DNA of 50,226 bases from Anaeramoeba ignava BMAN (GCA_028826165.1 JAPDFW010000047.1:1-50226), one strand, 5' to 3'. Shown: positions 11,401 through 27,280, counted from the first letter of the stretch. The notes: generated by a model from the sequence alone, not told the origin. A program made the numbers and translations.

Positions 11401-12186
11401 GTAAAAAAAAAAAAAGGAATTTTTTTGTAAAAAAAAAGTAATTAAAATGTAATTAAAAAAAAATATAAATAGTATAATAAAACACCATTAGATTATTCAA
11501 GTAATCCTGATGTTACTCAATTTCTTCAAAGTTTTAGTTCTTTAGCTTTGGATTATAGTTTACTATTGGAAAGACAAGAACTAACTGATATTGAAATTGA
11601 AACGATTGATAAAACAATTCACGCTCATAAAGCCATTCTTCAAGCAAGATTTGGAACTGATATTAATTTCAATCTTGCTTTATCAATTTTGAAAAAAAAA
11701 ACATACAAAGAAGTTTATCCTTTTATTCAGTTTATTTACACAGGAATGATTAAAGGAAGTATTGAGAATTTAAGGGAAATTTCAAAAGAAATTGGAATTA
11801 ATTTTGATTCGAAAATTGGAAGAAAAGGAATTGTTGATGATATGATGCGTTTATATGAAGATGAAAGTTCAAAAGATTTTAAAATTATTGTTGATGATCA
11901 AAATATTTTTGTTCATAAATTTATTTTACTTGCAAGAAGTGATTTATATAGAGGAATGTTTATCAATGTTCATGATGAATCAAATGCTGTTACTGATTAT
12001 TCTGGAAAGTCTTTTCAAACACTTGAAGCTTTGATTAAGTTTTTATATTTGGATCGTTTTGATTCAAATCTTTCTGATGAAGTTATTGATGAATTGGCTG
12101 ATGCTAGTGATTTTTATCAACTTAATGAAAAGATTAATCTTGATTTGAAACTTCAAGAAAGTGGAAACATTATTAATCGGAAATGA
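8470..12186 (+). CDS. Ankyrin-repeat + tandem BTB/POZ protein (~612 aa, 26 exons). Large exons: 8470-8562, 8636-8737, 8898-9002, 9120-9215, 9435-9530, 9772-9867, 10105-10200, 10429-10530, 10603-10704, 10915-11010, 11219-11314, 11473-12186, plus 14 microexons
   Basis: Each internal exon (96-105 nt) translates to one ankyrin repeat (GKTPLHLY, NETPLAVL, METALHYAC, GYSPLHYEC, GETALHFAI, GDTPIIAAC, GKTALHYAS). The last exon contains YNKTPLDY and two BTB signatures (LTDIEI..IHAHKAILQAR; SKDFKIIV..IFVHKFILLARSDLYRGMF). All 25 introns are GT-AG and phase 0. Confidence 0.9.
8810..11400 (+). other. Microexon series: 8810-8815 GAATCT (ES); 3-nt exons 9290-9292 ACT, 9361-9363 TAT, 9611-9613 AAA, 9699-9701 TCT, 9954-9956 AAT, 10032-10034 AAT, 10278-10280 AAT, 10360-10362 ACT, 10776-10778 AAT, 10847-10849 GAA, 11070-11072 AAT, 11137-11139 GAA, 11398-11400 AAT
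   Basis: Each is AG|NNN|GT, spaced by 59-86 nt introns (the same size as other short introns in the window). Including them restores ankyrin consensus spacing, e.g. NAKN-N-E-GKTALH. Confidence 0.85.
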
Positions 12187-12585
12187 ATTTCTTTTGAACA
12201 TGAATCAGAAAAACAACAAAAAATTAAAATTGATTTACAATTAAAATTCAATTCAAAATTCAATACAATTAAAATTCAATTTACAATTAAAATTCAAAAT
12301 TAAAATTCAATTACAAAATTCAAAATTCAATTCAAAAAAAGGAATAAAAAAGTTATCAAATTTTGTTTCAATTTTCTCATTTTTTAATTTTCCCAAAATT
12401 TAAAAAAAGATAAAAAGATAAAAATGTCAAAAAAATTAATAAAAAATAAAATTTATTTTAATTTGTTTTGTTTTTAATTTTTATTTCTGGCAAATTCAAT
12501 TAAAAAAATTTTCTTCTTTTTCAAAATTTTTTTTTTTCATTTTTTTTTTTTCAATTTAAAAAAAATTTAATTTTAAAAGTATTAA

Positions 12586-14277
12586 ATGGAAGAATTTCAA
12601 TCAGTTTCAAAAATCGCAAATATTTTTGAAGAAAAACATCGAGCATTAGCAGAAGAAACAAGGAAATTTGCACCAAAAAAAAACATAAGACAGATGATCA
12701 ATCGATCTAAAATGCAAACAAAACAAACAAGACAAACGACACAAACAAGACAAACAAGACAAGCAAGAACTCCAATTAAAAAAACGATGTCAAATTTAGA
12801 AAACAAACCAATTAAAAATGAAGTAAAAGAAATGGAAGCAAAAATTTCCACTTTAAATCAAAGAATAAAAGAATTAGAGCAAAAAATTCAAAATAAAGAT
12901 GAATTAATTATTGAAAAAGAAAATTCCGTTATTCAAGTTAAAGAAGAACTTACAAAAGTTGAAGAAGTTAAAAGAAATTTAATTGGTTTAGTTGGAAAAT
13001 ATGTTGATGAAATTGAAGATTTAAAAAATTATCAAAATAAAATTGAAGAAGAAAAAAAAAAGCAAAAGGAAGAAGAATTAAAAAAGCAAAAAGAAGAAGA
13101 ATTAAAAAAGAAAGCAATTAAATTTTATGAAAAAGAAGTTCAAACTGAAAAAGAAAATTCAAACCAAAATTTAAATCAAACTGAAAAAGAAAATTCAAAT
13201 CAAAATTTAAATCAAAATTTAGAAGAAAATGTAAATCAAAATTTAAATCAAGATTCTTTACTTCAAACTATTAAAGAACTTAAAATTCAAAATGAAGATC
13301 TTACTCGTGAATATCAATCAAAACAAACCAAAAAAAAAAATAAATTGAAACTTGCTTTAGAACAAAATAAAACACTTACTTCCAAAATAGAAGAACAAAA
13401 TTTATTAATAAATGAACTCAAAAAAAAACAAGATCAAACAAATCAAGAATCCAATAAAATTGCAAAAAATTTAACACAAAATATTGAGCAAATGCAAGAA
13501 CAGAATAAAATACTTGAAAAACAAAAGCAAAATTTGGAAAAGCAAAACGAAGGATTAAAACAAGAGAATATTCAAGTCAAGAATAAATTGGAAGAAAAAA
13601 TGAATGAAACACAAGATGAAGATGAAGATAGCTTTTCAGTCAAATTAACAACAGATTTCTTTGAGAAACTTGATTCATTGAATTTGGATTTTGATTCAGT
13701 TAATGTAACTGATGTTGACGAACTTCCAATGTTTTTATTAAAAACAATAGAAGAAGGTCGAGAACACACAATTAAATTGCAATTATCAATAGTTGAAGAA
13801 TCAAAAAAATTGAAGAAATTGAAAAAACAGCATAAAATTTTGAATGAAAATTATGAGAATGAAAACTCAAATTTAATTGCGCAAATCCAAAAATTACAAC
13901 AAGAAAGAGATGATATTCTTTCTGAATTTACTCACATGGAAAATGAATATTTACAATTAAAAATGAGAGAAGAAATGGTTCAAAATGATTCTCAAATCAT
14001 CGCAAAAATTCAAGAAGAGAATAATCAACTTACACAAGAAATTTCCGAAATGGACCAGCAATTAATCCAAAGGAATGAAGATCTTGAACAACTTTATCTT
14101 CAATTTACTGAATCAAAAAGTGAAATTGATCAAAAACAAAAGGAAATTGTTTTTCTTCAAAATGAAATTCAAAAGAAAAATTTGGAAATTGAAAGTTCAT
14201 TGAAAACTATTAAAGAATTTGAAGAAATTGTTGATTTAATGGATGCTGAAATTAGTCATTTAAAATCACAAAATTAA
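12586..14277 (+). CDS. Intronless long coiled-coil protein, function unknown (563 aa)
   Basis: ATG-to-stop ORF rich in E/K/Q/N with heptad-like patterning; no domain recognised. Confidence 0.8.
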   Translation: MEEFQSVSKIANIFEEKHRALAEETRKFAPKKNIRQMINRSKMQTKQTRQTTQTRQTRQARTPIKKTMSNLENKPIKNEVKEMEAKISTLNQRIKELEQKIQNKDELIIEKENSVIQVKEELTKVEEVKRNLIGLVGKYVDEIEDLKNYQNKIEEEKKKQKEEELKKQKEEELKKKAIKFYEKEVQTEKENSNQNLNQTEKENSNQNLNQNLEENVNQNLNQDSLLQTIKELKIQNEDLTREYQSKQTKKKNKLKLALEQNKTLTSKIEEQNLLINELKKKQDQTNQESNKIAKNLTQNIEQMQEQNKILEKQKQNLEKQNEGLKQENIQVKNKLEEKMNETQDEDEDSFSVKLTTDFFEKLDSLNLDFDSVNVTDVDELPMFLLKTIEEGREHTIKLQLSIVEESKKLKKLKKQHKILNENYENENSNLIAQIQKLQQERDDILSEFTHMENEYLQLKMREEMVQNDSQIIAKIQEENNQLTQEISEMDQQLIQRNEDLEQLYLQFTESKSEIDQKQKEIVFLQNEIQKKNLEIESSLKTIKEFEEIVDLMDAEISHLKSQN

Positions 14278-14561
14278 AAAGAAAAGAAAATAATCAGAAA
14301 CTTTTCCATTTTAAAATTTGGATCATTCTTTTTTTTTTTTTTGTAAAACTTGAAAAATTTGTTTTTCTTTTTCTTTTTCTTTTTCTTTTTCTTTTTTTCA
14401 TTTTTAATAATTTTTCCCAAAAAGAAAAAAAATTTATTTCTTCTCTTTTTAAAAAAGAATTATTTTATTAATTATTTTTTTTTTTTTTGAATTTTAAAAG
14501 AAAGAAAAAATTTTTTTGGTTTTTTTTTTTTGAAAGAAATTGAATTGAATTAAAAAGAAAT

Positions 14562-18159
<3,598 letters not shown>

Positions 18160-18319
18160 TTTTCTTTTGTTAATTTTCTTAATAAAATTAAAAATGAAAC
18201 AAAAAAATTAATTAATAATTTAATTATTTAATTAATTATTGAATTAAAAAAAAATTTTAAGTAAAATTGGAAAAAGAAAAAATGATTTTGATTATTTACA
18301 AAAATTTTTAATTAAAAAA

Positions 18320-19490
18320 GAAAATTGATTTTATTTAATTTTTAATATAAATTAATAATAATTTATTTAAAAATCTTTATATTAATTTTAAAGAATTAAT
18401 TTTTATTTAATTTTTAATATAAATTAATAATAATTTATTTATAAATATCTTTATATTAATAATTTAAAATTAATTTAAAGTTTAGTTCTTATTTTTATTA
18501 TTTAAAATAAATAAAAAAAAGCAAATAAATTAATTAATTTTTATTTAATTTTAATAATAAATTAATAATAATTTATTTATAAATATCTTTATATTAATAA
18601 TTTAAAATTAATTTAAAAGTTTAATTCTTATTTTTATTATTTAAAAATAAATAAAAGAAAAAGCAAATAAATTTATTAATTTTTTATTTAATTTTTAATA
18701 TAAATTAATAATAATTTATTTATAAATATTTTTATAATAATAATTTAAAATTTAAAAATTTTTATTTTTATTATTTTAAAAAAAAATATTTAATTTTATT
18801 TTTATTTTTAATTTTATTTAAAATAAATAGAAAGAAAAGCAAATAAATTTATTAATTTTTATTTAATTTTTAATATAAATTAATAATAATTAATTTTATC
18901 TTTATATTTTAATTTAAAATTGATTTAAAAATTTAGTTTTATTATTTTTAAAAATGTTAAATTAATTAATTTTTATTTAATTTTTAATAATAATTAATAA
19001 ATTTATTTTAATTTTTTTATAAAATATTTTAAAATTAATTTAAAAGTTCTTATTTTTATTATTTAAAAATAAAGAAAAAAAAAAAAATTAATTAATTTTT
19101 ATTTTTAATTTTTAATATATAAATTAAAATTTATTTATAAATATCTTATAATAATTTAAAATTAATTTAAAGTTTAGTTCTTATTTTTTTATTTAAAAAT
19201 AAATAAAATAAAAAGCAAATAAATTAATTAATTTTTATTTAATTTTTTAATATAAATTAATAATAATTTATTTGTAAATATTTTTATATTATTAATTTAA
19301 AATTGATTTAAAGTTTAATTCTTATTTTTTATTATTTAAAATAAATAGAAAAAAAAGCAAATAAATTTATTAATTTTTTATTTAATTTTTTAATATAAAT
19401 TAATAATAATTTATTTATAAATATCTTTATAATAATAATTTAAAATTGATTTAAAGTTTAGTTCTTATTTTTTATTATTTAAAATAAAAG
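18320..19490. repeat. Intergenic degenerate tandem repeat, unit ~140 nt
   Basis: GCAAATAAAT recurs at ~18521, 18663, 18839, 19215, 19357. GTTTA(G/A)TTCTTATT recurs at ~18480, 18619, 19172, 19313, 19456. Confidence 0.75.
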
Positions 19491-19534
19491 GAAATGATTT
19501 GAAAAACAAAAAAAAAAGAGAATGAAAAAATGAA

Positions 19535-21521
19535 TTATTTATTTCTTGCACTTCTTTTTTTTGAAGGATTCTTTGCTAATAACTCTTCATATTGAGCCAA
19601 AAAACGTTTATGTTGTTCTTCTTTTTTTAATCTTTCTTGATCTTCTTGTTGTTGTTTCAAAGCCTTTTGAAGAATTTCAGTTTTCATTCGATTATTTCTT
19701 TCCACAATATCAGCTAATTGACTTTGAAGGATACGAATTTTTGTGCAAACTTGGTCATCTTTTCTGTTAGAAAGGTCAACAGGTTCATTAATTAAACCAA
19801 CGGATTTTAATTCAAATTCAAGTTTTTTTTCAAGTGATAAATTTTGATAAGAATCTAAGTCGTTCTGAGTATTTAATTTCTGAGAGTGAGTCGGATCAAT
19901 ATTTTGTTTATCTTGATTCAAATCAGGTGTAAGAGGGGAAGTTGGGACTCCGAGCCTTCTATCATGTGAATGATTACGAGCTGGTGAATTTTCATTTTGG
20001 AAATCAATTATTCCGTTTGTTTTAAATTTATTTAAAAATTCCATTGATGTGTCTTCATCCTCGACTAAAATGGCTGATAATAATCTATGCACCAAATTGT
20101 GTGATGAGGTGAATTCCGGGGGTATTTCAAACCCGATGTTTTTTTGTGCGTTTTTTTCATTAATCATTTTAAAAAATCTTCTTTGATCGTTTCGGAAATT
20201 TTCATCTGTTGCTTGTTCGCTTTGTGTGTCTGTTTGTCCTGTCGCCCCCTTTCTTTTGGATTTCCTTTTCTTCTTTGTTGTCGTTTTTTTTTCGTCTTCT
20301 CGTGCCCATTTGTCTTTATAAAGTTCCCCAAGTGGGGGAATATCCATCAACCCTGTTTCTTGAAGATTCTTTTTTTTATAAAAAATATATAATATTAAAT
20401 AATAAATATAAAATAATAAATATTAAATAAATAATAAATAATAAATAATAAATATAAAATAATAAATATAAAATAAATATAAAATAATATAAATATTATA
20501 AATATTAAATATTAAATATAAAATATTAAATATTAAATATAAAATATAAAATAATAAATATTAAATATAAAATAATAAATAATAAATAATAAATATTAAA
20601 TATAAAATATTAAATATTAAATATTAAATATTAAATATTAAATATTAAATATTAAATATTAAATATTAAATATTATAAATATTAAATAATAAATATTAAA
20701 TAATAAATATTAAATAATAAATATTAAATAATAAATATTAAATAATATAAATATTAAATATTAAATATTAAATATTAAATAATAAATATTATAAATATTA
20801 AATTCATAAGTTCAATAATCACAGTTGTCTTAAGAAGAGAAAGATCAGAATCAGTAATTTCACGAAAAAATAAATCAGTAACTTTCCAAAGAGCAGCAGG
20901 ATCACTATTATTTGAATCAAAAAGTTGGTCATCAAAAAAGAATTTTTTACGAGGTTTTCTTTCATTTTCCTGAAAAGATTTAGCCTTTTTAGGACGAGCT
21001 TGATCACCAACTTTTCTTTTTGACCTGAATTTACGTTTTGAGTCTTGAATGGATGTATTTTTTCTTGTATTTAAAGTAGGTTTTTTTGATTTTGATTTTG
21101 ATTCTTTTGTTTTTGTGTAATTTGACTTTCTATTATTTGCCTGTTCAACTTCCATTGATTTTTTTATTCCTTTTTTTTTGGATTCTTGAAATTTGCGATG
21201 TTTTTCTTCTTCTAATTTTCGTTGTTTTTCTGCTTTTTCTGCTTCTTTTGCTTTTTGATTTTCAATTTCTTTTTCTTTTTCCATTTTTCTTTGTTTTTCT
21301 TCTTCTTCAGCTTTTTTTTTAAAATAACCATTTTTTTCTTTTATTATTTCTTGTTGTTCATCAAATAAATGTTTTTTAATTGCTAATAAAAAATGGTTTA
21401 TTTGCATATGAGATCCAATTTGGTCAATAAATCTTGAATGAGGAGTTGTAGATAAAGATAAAATTGTTGAAATTGTTCTTAAACAATCATCTCTTGTAAA
21501 ATTTGAAAGAATTGTTGACAT
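19535..21521 (-). CDS. TADA3: ADA3/NGG1-like SAGA HAT-module subunit; exons 20823-21521, 19535-20368
   Basis: ALWKVTDLFFREITDSDLSLL...IPPLGELYKDKWARED, RLLSAILVE, LEKKLEFELKSVGLI, DDQVCTKIRILQSQL match Ada3 motifs. Phase-0 intron 20369-20822 (TATTAAA repeat). Confidence 0.82.
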
Positions 21522-21718
21522 TTTTTTTTTTAATAACAATAATAATAAAAAAGAAAAAAATGAAAAATGAAAAATAAAAAAATGAAAAAAAAATAACGAA
21601 AAAAAAATAAAAGGAGAAAAAAAAATTTTTTTTATATTTTTCTCCTTTTATTTTTCTTTTTATTTTAATTAAATAAAAAAAGTGGAATGAAAAATATCCA
21701 AATTTAATTTTTCTTCTT

Positions 21719-24700
21719 TTATTTTTTTTCATCTTTAATTGAAACAAAATGTTGTTCGTTATAATTTATTTCTTCATTTCTTTCTCTGATAATAATTTGA
21801 TTCAAATCATAAATTCCTTTTTTTAAAAAACAAGCATAAAGTTGAAAAGAAAATAACTCATTCATTTGAAATTTATGTTTAAATTTTGTACATCCAATCC
21901 AATAAAAGAAATCTGGATATTTATTTTGAATATGAATAACAACTGGTAATTCAGAATTTTCTTCTGATTGAATATAAAAATCAACAGGCATTTTACAAAT
22001 AAAATCTGATTCAAAATCATGAACAATTTCCTTTTGAGAGGAAATGATAATTGTGAACTTTTTCTGTTTTTGATTGGAAAAATTCATTTCTGTTTCGTTT
22101 TTTGTCATATTTTTCCGCAAATCCAAAATAAAAATATCATGTTGTCCAATTTCTTTTTTTGGATTTTCCCAAAACAAAATCAATCCAATTTCGTTTTTTC
22201 CTTTGTTTTTAATATTTTGTTGATATTCATCAAAATTATTCATCGATTCAATTTTTTCAATTGAATAATATTCTCTTTTTATTTCCAATTTTCTTGAAAT
22301 TTCTGATCTCGATTGATTTATATTATTTTCTATTGTTTTTGACGTTATTTTATTTTCAGTATTTTTTTCAAGAGTTTGTAAATCATCTTTATATCTTCTT
22401 CTGTTTTGAAAAAACATTTTTTGGAATGGATAATTTTCTAAGCGATGGTTTTCAATATTTGAATGAAGGTGAATGTGTTTCCAATAATATTTATCATCAT
22501 CAATTTTGTCTTTTTTTGGGATAATTTTCAGCATTACTAATATTTCTTCATATTGTTTCAAAGAAAAATTTTGATTAGATTTATCCTGTGAAAACTGCTT
22601 AAAATCAAGTGGTTCAATTTCCCAATATTTTGAAACAGAAGTTAATTGCAATAAATTCACATATTCGAATTGTTCTTTGTGTGAAATTGTTAGAATTAGT
22701 GTGAATTCATTAATTTTAAAAGGATCTTGGATAATTTCCTTTTGAATTGTTAAAGATGGTTTGCATTTATATAGTTTGATTTGACGAAATAATCGATATT
22801 TCATTTTCTGGTTTTCTTTGATAGGTTGATAAAAAAACAGAAATCTATTGATTGGTGGATTTGAACAAGATGGGCGAAACCAAACAGAGATTGTCAATGA
22901 ATCTTGAGGTTTGATTTTTGGTTTATGAAGTAAAATTATCGAATTATTCTTATTCTTGTTCTTATTCTTATTCTTATTATTTTCTTGATTTTGTTGTAAA
23001 TTATCAATAACAAAACATTCACAATTTTCAAATTTAACATGCAAATTGTTTAACGATTGATGTCCAATGTTTTGGATTTGAAATTCCATTTTAGAAATTA
23101 TTCCATGAAATATTTTTTTGTTCCAATTTGTAATATCAATTTGTAATTGTGGTAATTCAGGTATAATATTTAGAAATAATTTATTATTCAATAAATGTGT
23201 TTGTCTTGTTATATGATGTTGAATTGTTTCTGATGTTTTGGATGGTGTATTAAATCTAGAGAAAATAACCAATTGATTTCCAATATGAAATTCAACTCCA
23301 ATTATTTTCAATATTCCTTCTTTTTTTGGTGTTATTTGTAGTTTGATAAGTTTTCTTTCATTAGGAAACATTGATAATTCTGTATTTTCAACAATAAAAT
23401 CTTGTGCATTTATGTGATTTTCATATTGAATGAAAATATTTTCAATTTCTTTTGAATTACAATTTGGGTTTTTAATCAAAATTTTTTTTGAAGGTTTATT
23501 TTGATTTTCATTTTCATTTTGATTTTGATTTTTATTTTTATTTTTATTTTGATTTTCATTTTGATTTTGATTTTCAATTTCATTTTGATTTTTATTATTT
23601 TCATTCATATTTTGATTTTGATTTTGATTTTTATTTTGATTTTTATTTTGATTTTTATTTTGATTTTTATTTTCATTTTGATTTTCTAATTGATTTTCAT
23701 TTATATTTTGATTTTGATTTTGATTTTGATTTTGATTTTGATTTTGATTTTGAATTTGATTTTGATTTTGAATTTTATTTTCATTTTCATTTTTAATTTG
23801 ATTTTCATTTTGATTTTGATTTTGATTTTTATTTTGATTTTTATTTTGATTTTGATTTTTATTTTGATTTTCATTTTGATTTTGATTTTGATTTTGATTT
23901 TGATTTTGATTTTGATTTTTGATTTTCATTTTGATTTTCAATTTCATTTTCAATTTCAATTTCAATTTCATTTTTATTTTCATTTTGATTTTCATTTTGA
24001 TTTTGATTTTGATTTTCAATTTCATTTTCAATTTCATTTTTATTTTCATTTTGATTTTCATTTTGATTTTGATTTTCATTTTGATTTCGATTTTTATTTT
24101 GGTTTTGATTTTCATTTTGATTTTGATTTTGATTTTGATTTTGATTTTCATTTTCATTTTCATTTTGATTTTCATTTTGATTTTGATTTTCATTTTGATT
24201 TTGATTTTGATTTTTATTTTGATTTTCATTTTGATTTTCATTTTCATTTTGATTTTCATTTTGATTTTGACTTTGAATTTGAATTTGAATTTGATTTTGA
24301 TTTTGATTTTGATTTTCATTTTGATTTTCATTTTGATTTCCATTTTCATTCATATTTTTATTTTGATTTTGATTTTGATTTTGATTTTGATTTTGATTTT
24401 TATTTTGATTTTCATTTTCATTTTGATTTTTATTTTCATTTTGATTTTGATTTTCATTTTGATTTGTACTTCTGGAATCATTATCAAAAATTGCAATTAA
24501 ATAAACTTGATCAAAATTCAAAATAAATTGAAGACTATTATAAATAATAAAATGAACATAAATTGGTTCACCAATCGGACTTGTTCTTTTTGGAACTTGC
24601 TGAAATAATTGAACTTCATGCTGTTTATTCATTTTATAAATAACTTTCTTTGTTGGAGAATTTCGAGAAGATTTGGTCGAATCATCATCAATTAAAGTAG

Positions 24701-27137
24701 AAAGTAAATCTTTTTCTAAATAATCCCAAATTTTACTATCAGGAGATTCAATAGAATGATCATTATGAACAAAATCATCACTCAATAAAACATCAATAGA
24801 ATCCATAACAATTTCTGGAAATTTAAACCCAAAAATTCTACTTTTGTTATGCTTTGAAAATTTACGGACAATTGTTTGTAATTCTTCAAAATTTCTTTTT
24901 TGTTGTTGAGGAGATTTTTCAGATCTCCCGATAATTTTGCGAAAACATTCAATTGATTGATTGTAATCTTGATTATAAAAAGAATGAGAGCCCAAAACAT
25001 AATAAAGATGATTTTCAAGAATTTTCCAATTTTTTCCGTTTAAACGATGCAAAATATTTGAATAGCATCGAATTGAATTATTTGTTTGGCCTGCACGACC
25101 ATATCTATTTCCAGCAAGAAGAAGATAAAAAGTAGATTTCCTCAAACGAGATGGAGTTGTCAAATAAAAACAATACGATGCCTGTTCTAGTGATATTGCC
25201 GATGTTAAATTTGATTCCTTGGAATTCGCTTTTATGTATAAACTGACTGATTTTTTCAATTTGTTTGTGAGAGTTTTAAACAATCCTGCAAAAATCCAAC
25301 ACAAATTAGTAATAAAAGATGTTGGTGCTTTTGATTTTCTATATCCATAGTTTCCTGCATCAAATAAGGAATCAATTATTTTATTTTCATAAATAAAACT
25401 ACAAATTGTGACCATTTCTTGAACATTCGCAAAATGATCCCAAAGATTTAAATTTTTAAATTCGTTTGAAACTGTTCTGTAATTGATTAAAGCTTGCTCA
25501 TAATTTTTAAGAAAGAAATGATAATCTGCTAATCTTCGAACTTGTAATTCATTTGGATTAGAATTTCCATCTTGATTTGTTTGTTCTTTTTGTTTTGTGA
25601 AAAAATTTTTCCAACTAAAACCAAAAATCAAAAATCAAAAATCAAAAATCAAAAATCAAAAAATCAAAAATCAAAAAATGAAATTGATAATTTTTGATTA
25701 AATTACGCTTTTTTAAATCCTTTTTTGGAATTATTGATTGATTCTGTTAAAGAAATAATTTTTTGTTGTAAAAATGGAATTAATGATTCAGAAACAAATA
25801 ATTGACCAAAAGTTGATATAAAAGAAATATCACTTTGACTTAGTTGATTTTCTAATTTTTTTTGATTAGAATTTGTTTGATCTATAACAGAATTTATTGG
25901 TAAAAAAAAACAAAATTTTTTTCCAAAATTTTCTTCCATATTTCCCAACATTTCAGAAATTAATTTGCTATTGAAAAAAAAAATTTTTTTAATTTGAATT
26001 ATTTTTTAATTTGAATTATTTTTTAATTTGAATTATTTTTTAATTTGAATTTTACTTTTCTGTATTTGGATTTTGAATATCATGAATTAACACAAAGTAT
26101 CTTAATATATTATTATCCATATTATTTTCAATCATAAATTTTGGTTGATTTTTTGGATCAATTTTATTTTTAAGAAATTCAATTGCAATTGATGGAGTTC
26201 CGATTTCTGTACTTATTACATAAATTATTGCTACAGGATGATTTACAGTTTGAAATTTTGATAAATAACAAAGTTTAAAGAGTTGTTTATGATATTCATT
26301 GAACCAAGGCATTGGATCTTGGGAATCTATTAATTATTTTTTGATTTCAATTTTGATTTTGATTTTAATTTTAAATTTTGAATTTAATTTTAAATTTTCA
26401 ATTTAATTTTAATTTTAATTTTAATTTTAAATTTGAATTTAATTTTGATTTAATTTTAATTTTAATTTTAATTTTAATTTTGATATTGAATTTTATATTA
26501 AATTTTAATTTTAATTTTAATTTTAATTTTAATTTTAATTTTGATTTTAATTTTGAATTTTAATTTTAATTTTAATTTTAATTTGAAATTTTAATTTTGT
26601 ATTTAATTTTGAATTTTAAATTTAATTTTTATTTCAATTTTATATTAAATTTAGAATTGAATTTATTTGCCAGTCAGAATCTTAATTTATTTTCATACTA
26701 TCTAATAAATTTGAAATATTATTTTCTGATGAAATTTCCATATTTCCAGAAAGACAATTATCAAAAGCAATTTTAGATAAAGAATCCTCAATTGATTGTC
26801 TTTTAAAATTTTTAAAAACACCAAAACTTTCAAATCTAACAAAAAATTTTGAAGAAAATGATCGACTAAATGAATCATTAACAATTTTTTCATTCTTTTC
26901 ATTCTTTTCATTCTTTTCATTCTTTTCATTTTTTTCATTCTTTTTGATTTGAGATGATTTAACAATAAAAGAATTTGGACAATAAAGATGAATCATTTCA
27001 AGAAAAGTTAATTTATTTTTTAAACAAATTGTTTCAGCATCAGGACTAACTGATACTATAACTAATGGTGAATAAAGTTCTGTTAACCAATTTTCAACTT
27101 CTTCTTTACTTTTATTCCAATTTTTTTTTGAATTCAT
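21719..27137 (-). CDS. TRAPPC8: TRAPPC8/Trs85 (TRAPP III subunit); exons 26699-27137, 26056-26326, 25707-25967, 24470-25614, 21719-23685 (last junction tentative)
   Basis: PLVIVSVSPDAETICLKNKLTF, PWFNEY, NHPVAIIYVIS, ELQVRRLADYHFFLKNYEQA, EQASYCF, LLAGNRYGRAGQ are Trs85-family motifs. Junction phases are consistent. Confidence 0.87.
23500..24465 (-). repeat. (AATCAA/AATGAA/AATAAA)n hexamer tract, part coding (NQ/NE/NK) and probably part intronic
   Basis: Visible repeat in which the two TRAPPC8 ORFs overlap out of frame. Confidence 0.85.
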
Positions 27138-27280
27138 TTTATTATTATTTTTTGAATTTTTTAAAAAGAAATTTTAATTAAAAAAAAAGTGAAAAAAAAA
27201 AATGAAAAAAAAAACCTTTAATTTGAAAAGAAAAAAAAATTTTTTTTTGATGATTTTCTTTTGTTTTTTTTTTCTTTTCC

